Shown piece after piece: positions 12,801-26,621 of a DNA stretch of 64,000 nt. The translations under genes were made by a program, and so were the position numbers. The stretch is from Eledone cirrhosa (taxonomy: Eukaryota). The notes below the pieces were generated by a model that worked only from the letters and a program-made list of their open reading frames with translations, had not been told where the DNA came from and did not search any database. Each line of letters opens with the position of its first letter. Positions within the stretch are counted from its first letter, which is position 1. The stretch spans positions 97,960,001-98,024,000 of the forward strand of contig OZ024742.1 in NCBI GenBank assembly GCA_964016885.1. The letters are read 5' to 3'.

Positions 12801-14654
12801 GCTAATTTGCTATCTTCCCTTACTGACATTTTGAAAAATCATCGAAAGAAGAATGAGGATATTTCCTTGACACAAGGACAGCTTCAAGACTTCTAGACTG
12901 CCAAGACAGCACTCGCTAGTTCATCTTTGCTCGCCCACCCGGTACCAGAGGCCAAGCTTTCGCTTTGTGTTGATGCATCTGATACTGCTGTGGGAGCAGT
13001 TTTACAGCAGTTCAACGCTGGAAACCAACAACCTTTGGCATTTTTCTCGAGGAAGCTGAAACCAGCAGAAACGCGTTACAGCACGTTTGGGCGGGAATTA
13101 TTAGCCATATATCTGTCGGTGAAACATTTCTCTCATATTCTTGAGGGGAGAAATGTTACAGTTTTAACCGACCCCAAACCTCTGACCTTCGCTTTGAGGG
13201 CTAAAGCCGACAGATATTCGCCCAGAGAGACAAGGCACCTGGACTACGTTTCACAATTTACAAATGATATCCAGCACATTGCTGGCTCGCATAACATAGC
13301 TGCAGACGCATTGTCACGTTTGCCAATCAGCTCCATCTCGTCATCCCAGGAGATCGACATAGGTCGTTTAGCTGCAGACCAACCTGCACTCCAATCGTTG
13401 GATATTCTTTCTGCCGAATTTGCGACTTGCATCTTCAAATATCTGCCCTTGTCGACCACCGGCAGGCAGATTCTATGTGATGTATCTACGGATTCACCAC
13501 GACGACTTGTTCCTGAGACTCACCGTCGAATTGTGTTCCTTGCTTTGCACAGCATTTCTCTCCCAGGAATTTCTGCAACAGTAAAGCTTATAACGGCTAG
13601 ATTTTTCTGGCGCAATATGAGGCGAGAAATTACTGTCTGGTGCCGTTCCTGCACACAGTGTCAAAAATCTAAATTGCACAGACACATCCGGACTCCACTT
13701 GGTAGTTTCAGTACTCCAGATGCTCGGACTCAACACATCCACATTGTCATCGTTGGACCTTGGCCATTCAGCAGTGGATATTCCTACATCTTGACCTGTA
13801 TCGATCGTTTTTCGCGATGGCCTGGAGCCATCCCCTTACAAGATATAACTGCCGAGACTGTAGCGCGTACCCTGGTATCAGGGTGGATTACCCACTTTGG
13901 GGTACCAACTACAGTCACCACAGACCGTGGTAGACAATTTGAGTCTCATCTTTTCTCTGAGCTCAACAAGATCATTGGCGCTCAACGGATTCGGACCACA
14001 GCCTATCATCCTGCGTCAATCGGAATGGTGGAACGATTCCACCGCCAATTAAAGGCCGCCTTTCGCGCCTATCCAGACTCTCAACGTTGGATCGAGCACC
14101 TTCCTATTGTGTTTTTAGGAATTCGGTCATCAATAAAGGAGGACCTTGGGTTCTCCCCGGCCGAATTACTGTATGGTGCTCCTCTAGCGTTGCCTGGGCA
14201 ATTGCTTGCCCCTGTTGATCTTGCTTTCCAGGACCCTGTTTCCTACGTATCTCGTTTGCGCTCCTATTTTCAGGACTTACCGCCCATGAATACTAGGAAA
14301 CAAACTATTAAAGCTGCAGTCCCGAGGGATATTGCCTCGTGGACACATGTGTTCGTAAGAAACGATGCCGTGAGAGACCACCTCTCACACAACCGTACTC
14401 TGGACCCTACCGTGTATTAGATCGTTCTGATAAACATTTCACTGTAGACATTAAGGGATCCAGAGAGACCATTGCGGTTGATAGACTTAAACGGGCCCAC
14501 AAAGATGCTCACACACCTTAGCCACATACACCTCTATGTTTCTCTTTTGCACACACATCCGTTCCCCCCCCCATCACCAACATACAAGACCACGACCCGT
14601 TCCGGTAGAAGAGTCCACTGGCCCAAGGAACTCTTCCAAACTTTTATCATATGA
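12795..14654 (+). pseudogene. pol: Gypsy pol fragment: RT connection, RNase H, integrase (HHCC zinc finger, DDE core, GPY-like tail)
   Basis: ORF 12927-14420: [56 protein letters not shown] continues in a shifted frame (14339-14521). In-frame stop near 12894. Confidence 0.93.
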
Positions 14655-14883
14655 ACTGGCCACTGGACTCTTTTTAGAAACAAACGCTGCCAAACTGTTT
14701 TCATGTGAACTGGCAACTGGAGCATTTTTTTTGTTTTTCTATTTATTGTATTACTATGTAACTTTTCTTTACCATTTCAATCCTGATTTCATACATGTAC
14801 CCCTTGCGTTGATATTTCATGCCTGTGCTGGGAGCCCGTGCTTGTGGGTCGCTACAGTTACCTTCGGGCTTTTCGCCTAGCGT

Positions 14884-14897
14884 CTGGAGGAGGGTAC
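14884..14897 (+). promoter_or_regulatory. Polypurine tract
   Basis: CTGGAGGAGGGTAC immediately before the TG of the 3' LTR. Confidence 0.75.
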
Positions 14898-15364
14898 TGT
14901 AGCAGCTCCTTACGGCTGTGACTCAGCACGTATAGGAGTTACGTCCCTTTGCGACGGGCGTGACTCCCAGCGGCAGATTCATGTACTAAACGGAGTTGCG
15001 TCCCCCTGGGGACTATATAGTCGAGGACAATCAAGGCATAAGACACTCTACTCCTGAACTTCGAAGGGACAAGAACACCTGAGACCTTGTCAAGAGATGA
15101 CTCCTGTTTCACTTCCTTCGCACCCAAGAAGAAGAACACCGGCAGCCTATAGAAACACTTGAACCTTACCAAGGGAAGATTTTCTGTTCTCTTCCACACA
15201 CTCCAGTAGGGGAGTTGTGACCACCTGAATATCAACATGTGGTAACAATTATTTATATCAATTTATTTGACTTCTGTGAAGTAAAACCATGTCACAACAC
15301 GCACCTTCATTTATTGTCATTTCTTATAATACATATATGTACACTGATACTAATTTCCTAAACA
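14898..15364 (+). repeat. 3' LTR
   Basis: TGTAGCAG...CCTAAACA (TG...CA termini); direct repeat of the 5' LTR. Confidence 0.92.
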
Positions 15365-15916
15365 TGTAATCGCGACATTAAATGCAGATGCCAACACACT
15401 TTTGCCTCAGTCACTCGTAAATGCATTTCGATTTGGTGAACACATATGTATCATTCAATACACTCGTGGGATTTGTTGCATTTTTACACAATTTCTGTTA
15501 AGAAGAATTGAGGAATAGAAGGTGACGCTAGTAAACCTACCACCAGTAATCAAAATCTCTACAAAAACGCCTAGCTGTCACCTTCCCGGGAGTAATTTGA
15601 ACAAAAGAAGAAATATATACTTATGTATTTTGCTCTCAATTTAAAACGATGCATATATTGACCCATTTTTCGGTTTTTGTTAGAACCAATACTCGAATAT
15701 ATCTATATCCCTCACAGCAAGAAGATCAACCTTTTCAAACTATACTGAAATAGGTGAATAAGACATGTATACAAGATGTTGTATATGTGAGCGTTAAGCT
15801 ATATATTTCTCTCAGCTTTGGTTAAAACTTATACTCTTTTATAGGTCCTAATTTATTGTAATCTTCAGCTGGATACTGCTCCACACACACATACACACAC
15901 GCATACACACACACAG

Positions 15917-15978
<62 letters not shown>

Positions 15979-16247
15979 GTATATAAGTATGAAGAAAGTG
16001 CTCAAGCGTGGACATGCTATACATCTTATATATAAAATGTTGAAGACCCTTAAAGGAGGGAAGAAAGTAGTTGCTTTCAGTAGCTATGAGGATCTAGACG
16101 CTATTACTCATAGCGGCCGATGGCAACTTCTTTGCCATCTTGTAAAAGCTATCTTTATATCATTTCAGCGCTTGAGCGCTCTCTTTACAATTTTATGTAT
16201 ACATATCTTCTCAGCGCTTCAAAATCCAAAAGATTTGACTTCGTACA

Positions 16248-16334
<87 letters not shown>

Positions 16335-16449
16335 CAGAGAAACAAGGCAACAACACACGCACACACACACACACACACATACACACACACGCACGCACAC
16401 ACACACTCAAGCGAGACAACAACACACGCACACACACACAGAGTAACAT

Positions 16450-16710
16450 TTAACAAACAGGCAGAGAATGGACTGACAGCTAGCGCCACCTCACTCCCAC
16501 ATTCGGCCGCTGACCTCTGCCCGACCGACCCCATTTCACGCGCACGCGCGCTCCGCTGAATACCTCAGATATTCAAAACAACAAACAGCGGAGGACGCGT
16601 TTCGCACCTTTCCGACAGATAACCTTTCCCCCACCCCGGAAAAAAACCCCAGTTGATGAATGTGAATCCGAAATATATAGGGACAATTAAATCTCTCCCA
16701 AGGTAACTCT
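16450..16710 (+). promoter_or_regulatory. CpG-rich island with CTCF-like motif and possible first-exon donor
   Basis: Locally GC/CpG-rich, single-copy within the window. TAGCGCCACCTC at 16481 resembles the CTCF core; CCAAG|GTAACT donor-like site at 16703. Confidence 0.35.
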
Positions 16711-17399
16711 CTCGTGTTGTTATTTTTATTTTATCCTTTATACTCTTTCCTTCCTTCCTCTACACGTCTTATACACACCACGCATCTCAACGTACACCCA
16801 CTTACACCTCTCTCCCCACCACCGGATCTTGTTACCCGGAGATTTACCCATTTGCATTGTCGAGGCTTCCAAACGACTTAAAGATATTTACCTTTTATTC
16901 CACAATGCTTCAAGCAAACTTCAATACTCTCTTATATATATATATATATTACATATTTACTTAAAGTTTCATTACTTTTTCTGCAAGTACAGTTTTGTCT
17001 ATTACTTACTGAAGAAGTCAGAATACAACAAATATATTCTGTTTCCCCCCATTCTTATCGACAAAACGAAAATAAAATTTAAGTTATTCCCTAATATCAT
17101 TGTCATTTATCACCACATATTTATTTCTAGCTGGCCTTTTTAGCGTTCCATGCATGGAATATATTAACACTATTCTAACAATGAACTTAATTTGGCTGTC
17201 AAACATATAGATCATAAACTAAACTTTGAATAATTTCCCTTTAAAAACGACCCGAGCGAATGAGACGAGGTGTCACCACTCTCCGCATTATATAAATAAA
17301 AATAAATTTTACAATATATTCATCTAGAAGAAATATCAAAACATACAGGTGAAATTTGATTTTTGTAGGTGGTAAGATTTAAAACGATCTCAGAATCTG

Positions 17400-17990
17400 A
17401 TTATGTTATACTTTTATAGAAATGTTGATGAAGCTGGTAATATGTATTGTACTCGCTGTTCCATCATAGATAAAGCAACAATTGACCAGCATTGTTTCAA
17501 TACCGCCGTGTAAGAGGTTCTGGATTGAAGTAATACCTTTGATGTATGGCAGCTGCAGTCTTTTGTTTTGAACAAGATCAGTGGACCTCATCCATCACCT
17601 AGCACTTTCTTGTCTGGCACTTACACTACACCATGATAGACAAGTCAGTGGGCATGAAAAGAGGATGAGAGTGGGATGTCGACACCACATCATAGATGGA
17701 TGAATTTCTCTGGTTTGTAAACGATGGTGAACGTGTTTCCTAGACAAACACTCAACGAGCATGTGTCGAAAATCAAATGGAAGTATCTAGTTGGAAGATA
17801 TCGGTTATAGTGCAGCCAAGAGACAACATCGTGCATAATACACTGAAAAGCACTGCCAATACGAAGCTAGAGGGTCAAAGGAAAAGTGAAATGAAATAAT
17901 GTATAGTGTGTACAAGGCACACGATAATTCCATTAGCAGTGTAACAATTGTTCGTTGAAATATCAACTGTTAAACACGTCTCTGATAAGA
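17400..17990 (-). mobile_element. Highly degenerate LINE RT fragment (tentative)
   Basis: Minus strand near 17650-17690 resembles a decayed G-V-x-Q-G-x-P-L-S-P-L-L-F motif; no intact ORF. Confidence 0.3.
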
Positions 17991-19514
17991 AACTTCAAGT
18001 AAAAGAATGGTAATCAGATTTAACACTATTATATATTCATCCACACACATATATACATAAGTACACACACACACACACACACAAACACACACATTCACAC
18101 ACACACACACACACACTCACACACACACACATATATATATATGTATATACACATATATACACACATAAGCAAACATACATACTTACATACATAGAGACAT
18201 ATATATAGACAGGCATATTCATACGTAGGTACATATATACATATATAAATACACGCACGTCTATATGATGGAGCTTCTGTCGGTTTCGAATATAATAATT
18301 TGATTAACATCACATACATCGTATGAATTAGCATGTAAGTGGTTGAGTACTCCACAGACACATGTAACCTTAACGCGATTCTCCATTCGAACCAACGTTA
18401 CACAGCATGTTACACGGGTAGATCTTTGAACTGCAGATACAGGCTTCTATAACGTTGAGGTCAAACCAATTTCAATCATGAGGCTTGTGTCAGCATCGAG
18501 CTATGGTGCTGACACATGCTCAAGTTGATACATGGTGTAATCTGTCAATCATCTGTCTTTTTTTCGTATTTAGACACAAGGCCGACAATTGTAGTGTGTG
18601 CAGAAATCTATTAAATTGATCCCAGGACTTAACCAGTGATTTATTTCATCGATAAAAGGCAAAATTGACCTCGTTCCGATTTCAACTTACACACATGCTG
18701 CCCGATAATTATGATCATAATAAGTAAATTAAATTTAAGTATATGAAAGCATATTTATACGTTTGAATATAGTCTAACCTATTTAAATTTGGTTATATAC
18801 GTAGGCTTTTCTCGGCAAGGAATGTGACTGAAGCAAAATCACTTCGATTCAAACTTCTTGCAATTCTGCAGACTTTGGAACATTCACTGAAGTAATCTGT
18901 GAGCCACAGGCGCTAGCGTGGCAAAAATGGGACAAAGGTTTATATAATTTCTACCAAAAACATAGCATGAAGTAAAACTAAAAACGAACAAAAATTCCTT
19001 ACAGAACCTAAAAAAACAATGTGTTAAATATTTAAAAAAGTATATAAATATATTGTGGTTTTAGGAATTAAAAGAAAAAAAAGCATAATTTTAAAATAAA
19101 AATAGTAATGATTTTTAGCTGCGTTTTTTCGTATTTTAAACAGATTTCTGTCAGTGAACAAAATGGTAAAAATTTGTGATTCAGTTCTGGTTAGGAAAAT
19201 AATAAGGAAAACAACTTTTAAAAATGAAAAAGAAAAAAAAACCGAAAAAAGAGGCAAATAGTAATTGTTGGAAAACATTGGTGAATGGACCTGAAAACAC
19301 GATATATTTATTACTAGAATACGAATGAGACAGTTGGAAATATTGATAATGAAAATAAGAAAAGAAAAAAAAAATATCAATAGTAGAAATGTTGAAAATA
19401 AAGAGGAATATTGTTGTGTTGCATTTAAAGAAGAAACACTCTTCCGTTCGGTCTTTCTTTCAACATTTAAACATTCTCTGTCTGTCTGTTTGTTTGTCTG
19501 TCTGTCTGTCTGTG

Positions 19515-19735
19515 TATATCGGGTGACGTGTTGTGTTCTTGAACAAGACACTTTATTTCACATTGCTCCAGTTTACTCAGCTTTAGAAAAGAGTTGCGAC
19601 GTCACTGGTGCCAAGCTGTATAGGTCTTGTCATTTCCTTTGGACAACATCAGTGGCGTGGAGAGATGAGACTAGTATACATGGACGACTGCTGATCTTCA
19701 ATAAAAAAAAAACCTTGCCGGGACATGATGCCGGA
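19515..19735 (+). mobile_element. SINE, second family (partial); related piece at ~7245-7350
   Basis: GTTGTGTTCTTGAACAAGACACTTTATTTCACATTGCTCCAG resembles the conserved GTGTCCTTGAGCAAGGCACTT-type SINE central domain. Confidence 0.5.
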
Positions 19736-19830
19736 AATAACTGATGATGTCACCGGATTCATACTGAAACCGGTCATTGAAATATTCATAGTATAATAAA
19801 CCTTTACACCAGTCCAGTCTACTGTTATTT

Positions 19831-19956
<126 letters not shown>

Positions 19957-20111
19957 CTTATTCCGGGTTGAATCGGGGGTAACCACAGTAAGTAAGGTAC
20001 TCAATACATAGCAGAGTATAAATGTTTTAATATAGAAAAGCTTCTACAGGACTAGAACTGTTTCATTTCTCACGAATGAAACTGTTCTAGACATGCAGAA
20101 GATTTTCTATA

Positions 20112-20210
<99 letters not shown>

Positions 20211-22271
20211 ATACACACATTCATCTAACATTAGACACTCCGAGGTGATAGTAAACGGCACATGCTCAAAGGTGCCGCCTAACCAGCCTGAATCTAGAAC
20301 AACTGGTTGTGAAGCAATCTCCTTGAACACTCAGACATATATTCGAAGAAGTGGACATTCCATAACATGTTTTTTATATAGTAACCCTATGAAACTTCTC
20401 ATATCTAAGATATTTATACGACGTTTTATACGGGACAGGTTCTCTGCTCTTTGTGCCAAATTTGTGCCAAATTTCGCTTAGGCCATCTTTGTCTTGCATT
20501 CTTTCGTGATCGATAAAACAAACGATCAATTTAGATTTGGGTCGAATTCTTCTCCCCGCCTGTATCTCTCTTTGAAAGAAAATTATCTTTTATTGTTAAT
20601 TTGTATTTTTCCTTTGTACACTCCCCAAAATATTGGGCCCTTGTGGCTAATGATGAAATAAAATATCTATTATTGTTGCTGATAATAGAATATGCTTGGA
20701 TTGCTTTTGATTTTGCTAGTTGATATTTCTGTTTTTCCTGTGTTTGTGTATATTTTTAACCGAAAAAAATAACGTTCTTTTTATTGCTATTTCTTTGTGT
20801 GTATTTTTCTCATGCTTCTTAAGAAGCATATTATTATAAAGAAATATAGAAATAAGAAAAAAAGAAAGTACCATAGTCATCATCATACATCTTCTTCATC
20901 ATCATCGTCATATTTCTTTTCTATCAATCGTAAAATTTGATAACAATTTTAGCATTATTATAACAATAACGAACAACACTATAACAATATGGAGAATATT
21001 CTTATTATTAGTAGTTTTATTACTATTTCAGTTGTTGAGATTTTCGTGACGTGGTTCTTCTCGCTCCTGTAAGTTTGTACTATTTTCAGTTATTGAACCT
21101 GTTTTATTGAACTTTTGTTACTGTCTTGTAGTTAAACGAACCAGCATCTGTGTGAGCTGGTTAGATTCTCTCTACCGACAACACTTAGGGGCTAATATGG
21201 TGCGTGCGTGTGTTTATCAAACATTCAAACCAATGTTTGTTTAAAAGAAGAAAGACACTTGCTAAAGAGAAGAAGTGGCCTAACACAGAATGGAACGGAA
21301 AAATTGAAAAACTCTGTGACAGCAGCAGCAACTGTAGCAGTGACAGCTACAAAAACAACAACAAAACAGCAGGAAAAACAATGGAATGAATTACCACCAC
21401 AAGTACAATATATAGAATTATGTGTGTGTGTGTGGTCTCTGTGTATTATCTATAGGGGCCTACATCTTACGACCGATTTTCATGAAACTTTACAGGCTCA
21501 TAGATTAGTCATCGGGGAGTGTTTTCTATATACGGGCGTATCGTTTTCTGTTATTCCGGGGGTCATTAAATATTCAAAAATAAGTCAACCAAATACACAA
21601 AATCTTAGTTAAAACAAATTGAAGGGAAATAAATCTTGATACCTAAGAAGCAGGACAGAAGGAATTATTTCCCGTTGATAGTTACTCTAATCGGTTAAAA
21701 CAATTGCCACACAATGACAAATGACTTCTTGGTCGCTCTACCAGCTAAAAATACATTAAACAAAATATTTAAGTAAAATCATCTTAAGAAACATCAACAC
21801 CATTCTTTCATGAGACACCACTAATGAAAAAGAACGAATGTAGGAGAAATCATCAATCCATATAAACTTTCACCGTTAACTCAGCAGACGACATCACTTA
21901 ATATCTACACTCCTACATTGATCTGTATGTTAATTCTCTCTCTCTATATATATATTATATATATATATATAATCTTTCTCTCTATGTTATATATATCTGT
22001 ATATATATAAAATTATATACGATTTCACTCAACATTTCGCCATTTGCTACACCTTACGACCGATTTTCAAGAAACTCGCCAGCTCAAGAATTTCCAGCCA
22101 GGTTTTATTCCTACTTGGACTCCGTTCATCTCAGTTCACACTATTGAGCTCTACTACAACCGGGTGTCAACGATAATTCATTAACTTTTTAAGTCTGCGA
22201 TAAATGGTTACTTTGCCAGACATTATTGAAATCATAAGAGTAATAACAATTAAATATATATATATATATAT

Positions 22272-25040
22272 GCAAAGTTTTATTTAAATTGTTGGGTTAC
22301 AACGAGTAAATATTTATAACTGATATAAAAGCACTCAACAAGTATTTGGAGTATATTTACGATATTAAATAAATGGAAACTATATTTAAATAATAACTCT
22401 GAACTAAATAGAAAAAGAAAACAAATTACACAATTTTTTAATTACTTTAATCTAAAAATAGAAATTGAGAATAACTATAGAATAGTCAATTTCCTAGATG
22501 TAACATTAAATCTCAACACATGTCTTCACTATCCATTTCACAAGTTGAATGAAAACTTAAACTATGTCAGTTTTAACTCTAACCACCCCAGATCTGTTAA
22601 AAATACTATAGTGAACTCTGTTCAAAAACGTATCTCTAGAATCTCATCTAATAAAAAGATTTTCGACGAAAAAGCCCAGTATTACAATGAAGCGTTAGCT
22701 AGAGCAGGATATAGTGATAAAATTATGTACATAGATAATAATAGACAAACTAACCAAAATAACAACAATTTTAATTATGGCAACAACTTTAACAACTATA
22801 ATAGAAAGCATTACAATAATTCCAAAAGCCAAAAAAGAAATAGAACTAGGAATATAATATGGTTTGCCCCCCCTTGCTCACTAAACATTAAAACCCACAT
22901 CGCTAAACTATTTTTTAATGCTCTTGATAATCGCTTCCCTAGAACACGTAAGTATCACTCAATTTTCAATAGACATACTATAAAATTAACTTACTCATCC
23001 ACCAAAAATTTAGCATAAAATATTAATAGAATAAATAATAGGAATTTAAAACCTAGCCAAAATACCGATAATAGCATAAATAATATCCAAGTAAACAAAT
23101 GTAACTGTAGAGATAGATCTAAATGTCCGTTAAATAACAATTGCTTAGTTAAAAATATAATATACAACTGTAATGTTAAAACGGACTTAAATTCTTTTAA
23201 CTATGTTGGTTCCACCTCGACAGAATTTAAACTTCGCTATAATAACCACAAGAATTCTTTTACAGATCCAAGAAAAAAATCTTCAACATCACTATCAGGC
23301 TTACTCTGGCAACTTAAGCAGGATAACGTTGGGTATTCGACGGCTTGGAATATAGTCTCAAGAGGGATTCCTTTTAATTCATCTTCTGAGACATGTGACC
23401 TCTGCGCGGAGGAGATATTCTTTATACTAAAATCTAAAAATTCCCTTAATTTACGGACAAATTTATTCAGTTGCTGCAGACATAGATTGAACTCAACTTT
23501 TAAATATAAATATAAATTTAAAATGTAGTATATTTACTTATGATTTGTAATTATCTATGAAACTCGCCGATAAATCTTTCGATTTCTTTTTTTTAAACAT
23601 TTTTCATGAATAATTAAACTACCCTAAAAGCTGATGCTCCAAATATATCGAATAAATTTTACACTAGATAAACTTCTATAATAAATATAAGACCATCTGT
23701 AGATCAAATGGGTATCCTAAACTTTTGGAATGATTTCTGCTAGGCAGGATTTGGTAAATAATTTTGGTTTTGTTTGCTTTTGATTCTGATGCTTATAATG
23801 AACTTGGCAATATATTGTCAATTAATTTTGAAGGGTTGATTTCTGTGGTTGATTTGCGGGGCATACTGTGTTTTATTTTTTATTTTTAATATTTTTTAAT
23901 TTTTTAATATTTTTATTGATATATCGATATATGTTGTCTATTTATGCTTGAACGATAATCATGTAGAGTAAAGACAAGAATAGTATTGTTAAAATTAATG
24001 TAGATTCTATATATATGTGTGTGTATGTACACATATATGTATACTAGAATTTTTATAGCACAATGAGAATGTTTTCATGTGAAATAGGAATTTGCAGAGT
24101 TGATCACGTAAATTCACATGGATGTCTATAGTATCGAATCTGGGATAACCTTCTATTTTCTTTTTCTTTTTTCATGAAAGTGCATATATACTTATGTATT
24201 TCAATTTTTTTTGAAGTTTTTTTATCTCAGTTTTTTTATCTCAGTTTTTTTATCTCAGTTTTTTTAACTCAGTTCTGATTATAAACTTAGGAATTTTAAA
24301 CTAGACATATGATCATTATTTTTCACACATTATTGATACGTGTCTCATTCATGAATACTGATATTTACATTATAATACCTAATTCATACGAATTGATATT
24401 TTTAGATTGATGAAACATAATGTTTTAAATCTGCCTCGTTTATCTCTGGATACTTTTCTTTTCTCTCTATGTAACGGCTGTTTTCTCTCCTAACCACATA
24501 TATCTCTCTCTACCTTAATACTAGAACTAAATAAATAAATAAATAAATATATCATTGATACGTCATTCAACTGGTGCCCAACTACCTATTTTCTTTCTCT
24601 CTATCTCTATCTATATCTATCTCTCTCTATTTTTTCTCTCTCTCTCTTATCTCTCTCTCTCTCTCTCTCTATCTATCTCCCTCTGTGTTTTTTTTCTCTC
24701 TCTATCTATCTATCTCTGTTTTTTCTTTACATGAATTTCTTCTCTCTATCTATCTCTCTATATCTATCTCTCTCTCTTTTTCGTTGCATGCATTTCTTCT
24801 TTTTCTTCGCTTTCTTTCTTTCTTTCTTTTTATAACTGTCCCTAACATTTTTCACTACCAAATCAACTTTTTAAATGGAAGTTGAAGTTGTAAGGTATGT
24901 CAAATCTATCTATTTATAAGACTGTTTATATTGTATTTTGCCTGATGAAGGCATACCATATTTTTAATATGATATCCCTGAAATATATATAATGAAATAA
25001 ATATGGTTTTATAAATATAGTTTCCATTTATTTAATATCG
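22272..25040 (+). mobile_element. 5'-truncated PLE with short inverted pLTR at its 5' end
   Basis: NFLDVTLNL, YVSFNSNHP, WFAPP, then CNCRDRSKCPL..C, NIIYNC..NYVGST..RYNNH, CDLCAEE (22450-23528; one stop at 23016). 22360-22388 is the reverse complement of 25013-25040. HHR at 24931-25000. Flanked by (TA)n. Confidence 0.9.
24931..25000 (+). ncRNA. Type I hammerhead ribozyme (family C; mirror copy 26661-26730 on minus strand)
   Basis: tattttgc-CTGATGA(24942)-agg..catatt/aatatg..cct-GAAA(24980)-tatata-TA-atgaaata. Stem I imperfect. Confidence 0.65.
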
Positions 25041-25056
25041 TATATATATATATTTA

Positions 25057-25971
25057 TTTAGAAACACACAGATACATGCGGACACACACATATACATGAA
25101 TGCATCCGCACCCAACCGTGAGTTAAGGGTGCCAACTTCACCGATGTTGTTCAATGAATGACTGGGACAGACCAATCCGGTTGAACCAGACTGAACCAGT
25201 ATCAGAGTTAAAAATACATTATGAAGAGAGAAGAAACATTTAGATATAATTAGTAATAAAATGTATCATACCTAAACTGCTCCTAGATTCTTCGACTACG
25301 TAGTTTCGTGGCATAAACAAAAACAATACATCATAAAGATATAGAGTTCTTGCGAGGTCTGCCGACTTATCAAGAGGATACCTCATTTTACTAGTCTCAA
25401 GAACGCGTCTACACGACGTGAGAAAGAATCCCAAAAGGCGGAGTGGGAGATAGTCACGCGATATAACGGTCGAGAAACAGAGCTAAGCCTCTTATAACCC
25501 CGAAGAAAATACGTCTGTGTCCGCATGTATCTGTGTGTTTCTAAATATATTGTTAATAACTCCCTCTGGTCGAGCAATCTTTGAAGTGTGGGGACTGCTG
25601 GAAAGCTTCCATTACTCATACTTCTCGCCTCCTTCACCACCTCTTCTACGGCTTCGATATAATACCCCCTCCGCCTCCGTGGTATTTTCTTCGGGGTTAT
25701 AAGAGGCTTAGCTCTGTTTCTCGACCGTTATATCGCGTGACTATCTCCCCCTCCGCCTTTTGGGATTCTTTCTCACGTCGTGTAGACGCGTTCTTGAGAC
25801 TAGTAAAATGAGGTATCCTCTTGATAAGTCGGCAGACCTCGCAAGGACTCTATATCTTTATGATGTATTGTTTTTGTTTATGCCACGAAACTACGTAGTC
25901 GAGGAATCTAGGAGCAGTTTAGGTATGATACATTTTATTATTAATTATATCTAAATGTTTCTTCTCTCTTC

Positions 25972-25975
<4 letters not shown>
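25057..25975. mobile_element. Rearranged (inverted) copy of the 591-bp HHR repeat family
   Basis: 25057-25512 matches 46981-47437. 25514-25975 is the same unit in the opposite orientation. HHRs at 25289-25378 (-) and 25816-25905 (+). Flanked by (TA)n. Confidence 0.9.
25816..25905 (+). ncRNA. Type I hammerhead ribozyme, U3:A8 core variant, long stem II
   Basis: tcctc-TTGATAA(25821)-gt(c)ggca...tgccac-GAAA(25887)-ctacgtag-TC-gagga. All three stems pair; stem III palindrome ACTACGTAGT; predicted cleavage after 25900. Confidence 0.8.
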
Positions 25976-26016
<41 letters not shown>

Positions 26017-26247
26017 ATATATATATACATTTATCTATATGCGTCCAAACACGTGCTACCGCGAAAACACACGCCATGCATGAATATACATGCACGTACA
26101 CATAAACACGCGCACACGTACGTGAACCGGCGCGACACATATACCCGCACACATACGAACGTATACACCAAATACGCACTTATATTTATATATATATGTA
26201 TGTGTGTGTGTGTGTGTGTGAGTGTTATATATATATATATATATGTG

Positions 26248-26332
<85 letters not shown>

Positions 26333-26583
26333 ACATATAATTATATATAAATATATATATATATACACGCAAAAAAGCGTATATAACGCACACACCCTCT
26401 TTGGATTTTAGTCTTCACATTTATTATTATTACTATATATATATAATGAAGGAGTAACCAATCGTCCTTGTTATCCTTTCAATATATTACACTCTGTATA
26501 GCTCTACACCTCATCACAGAAGTGAACCTAAACTTCGAGTGCTCTCCCGGATGAACCTGCAGCAACTCCAAGTTACACCCTCT

Positions 26584-26619
<36 letters not shown>

Positions 26620-26621
<2 letters not shown>

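Larger units (their letters stand above)
11728..15364 (+). mobile_element. Ty3/Gypsy LTR retrotransposon, internally deleted and rearranged (gag, protease and RT missing)
   Basis: Two ~460-bp direct LTRs, PBS, PPT, and RNase H-integrase order in pol. Confidence 0.95.
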
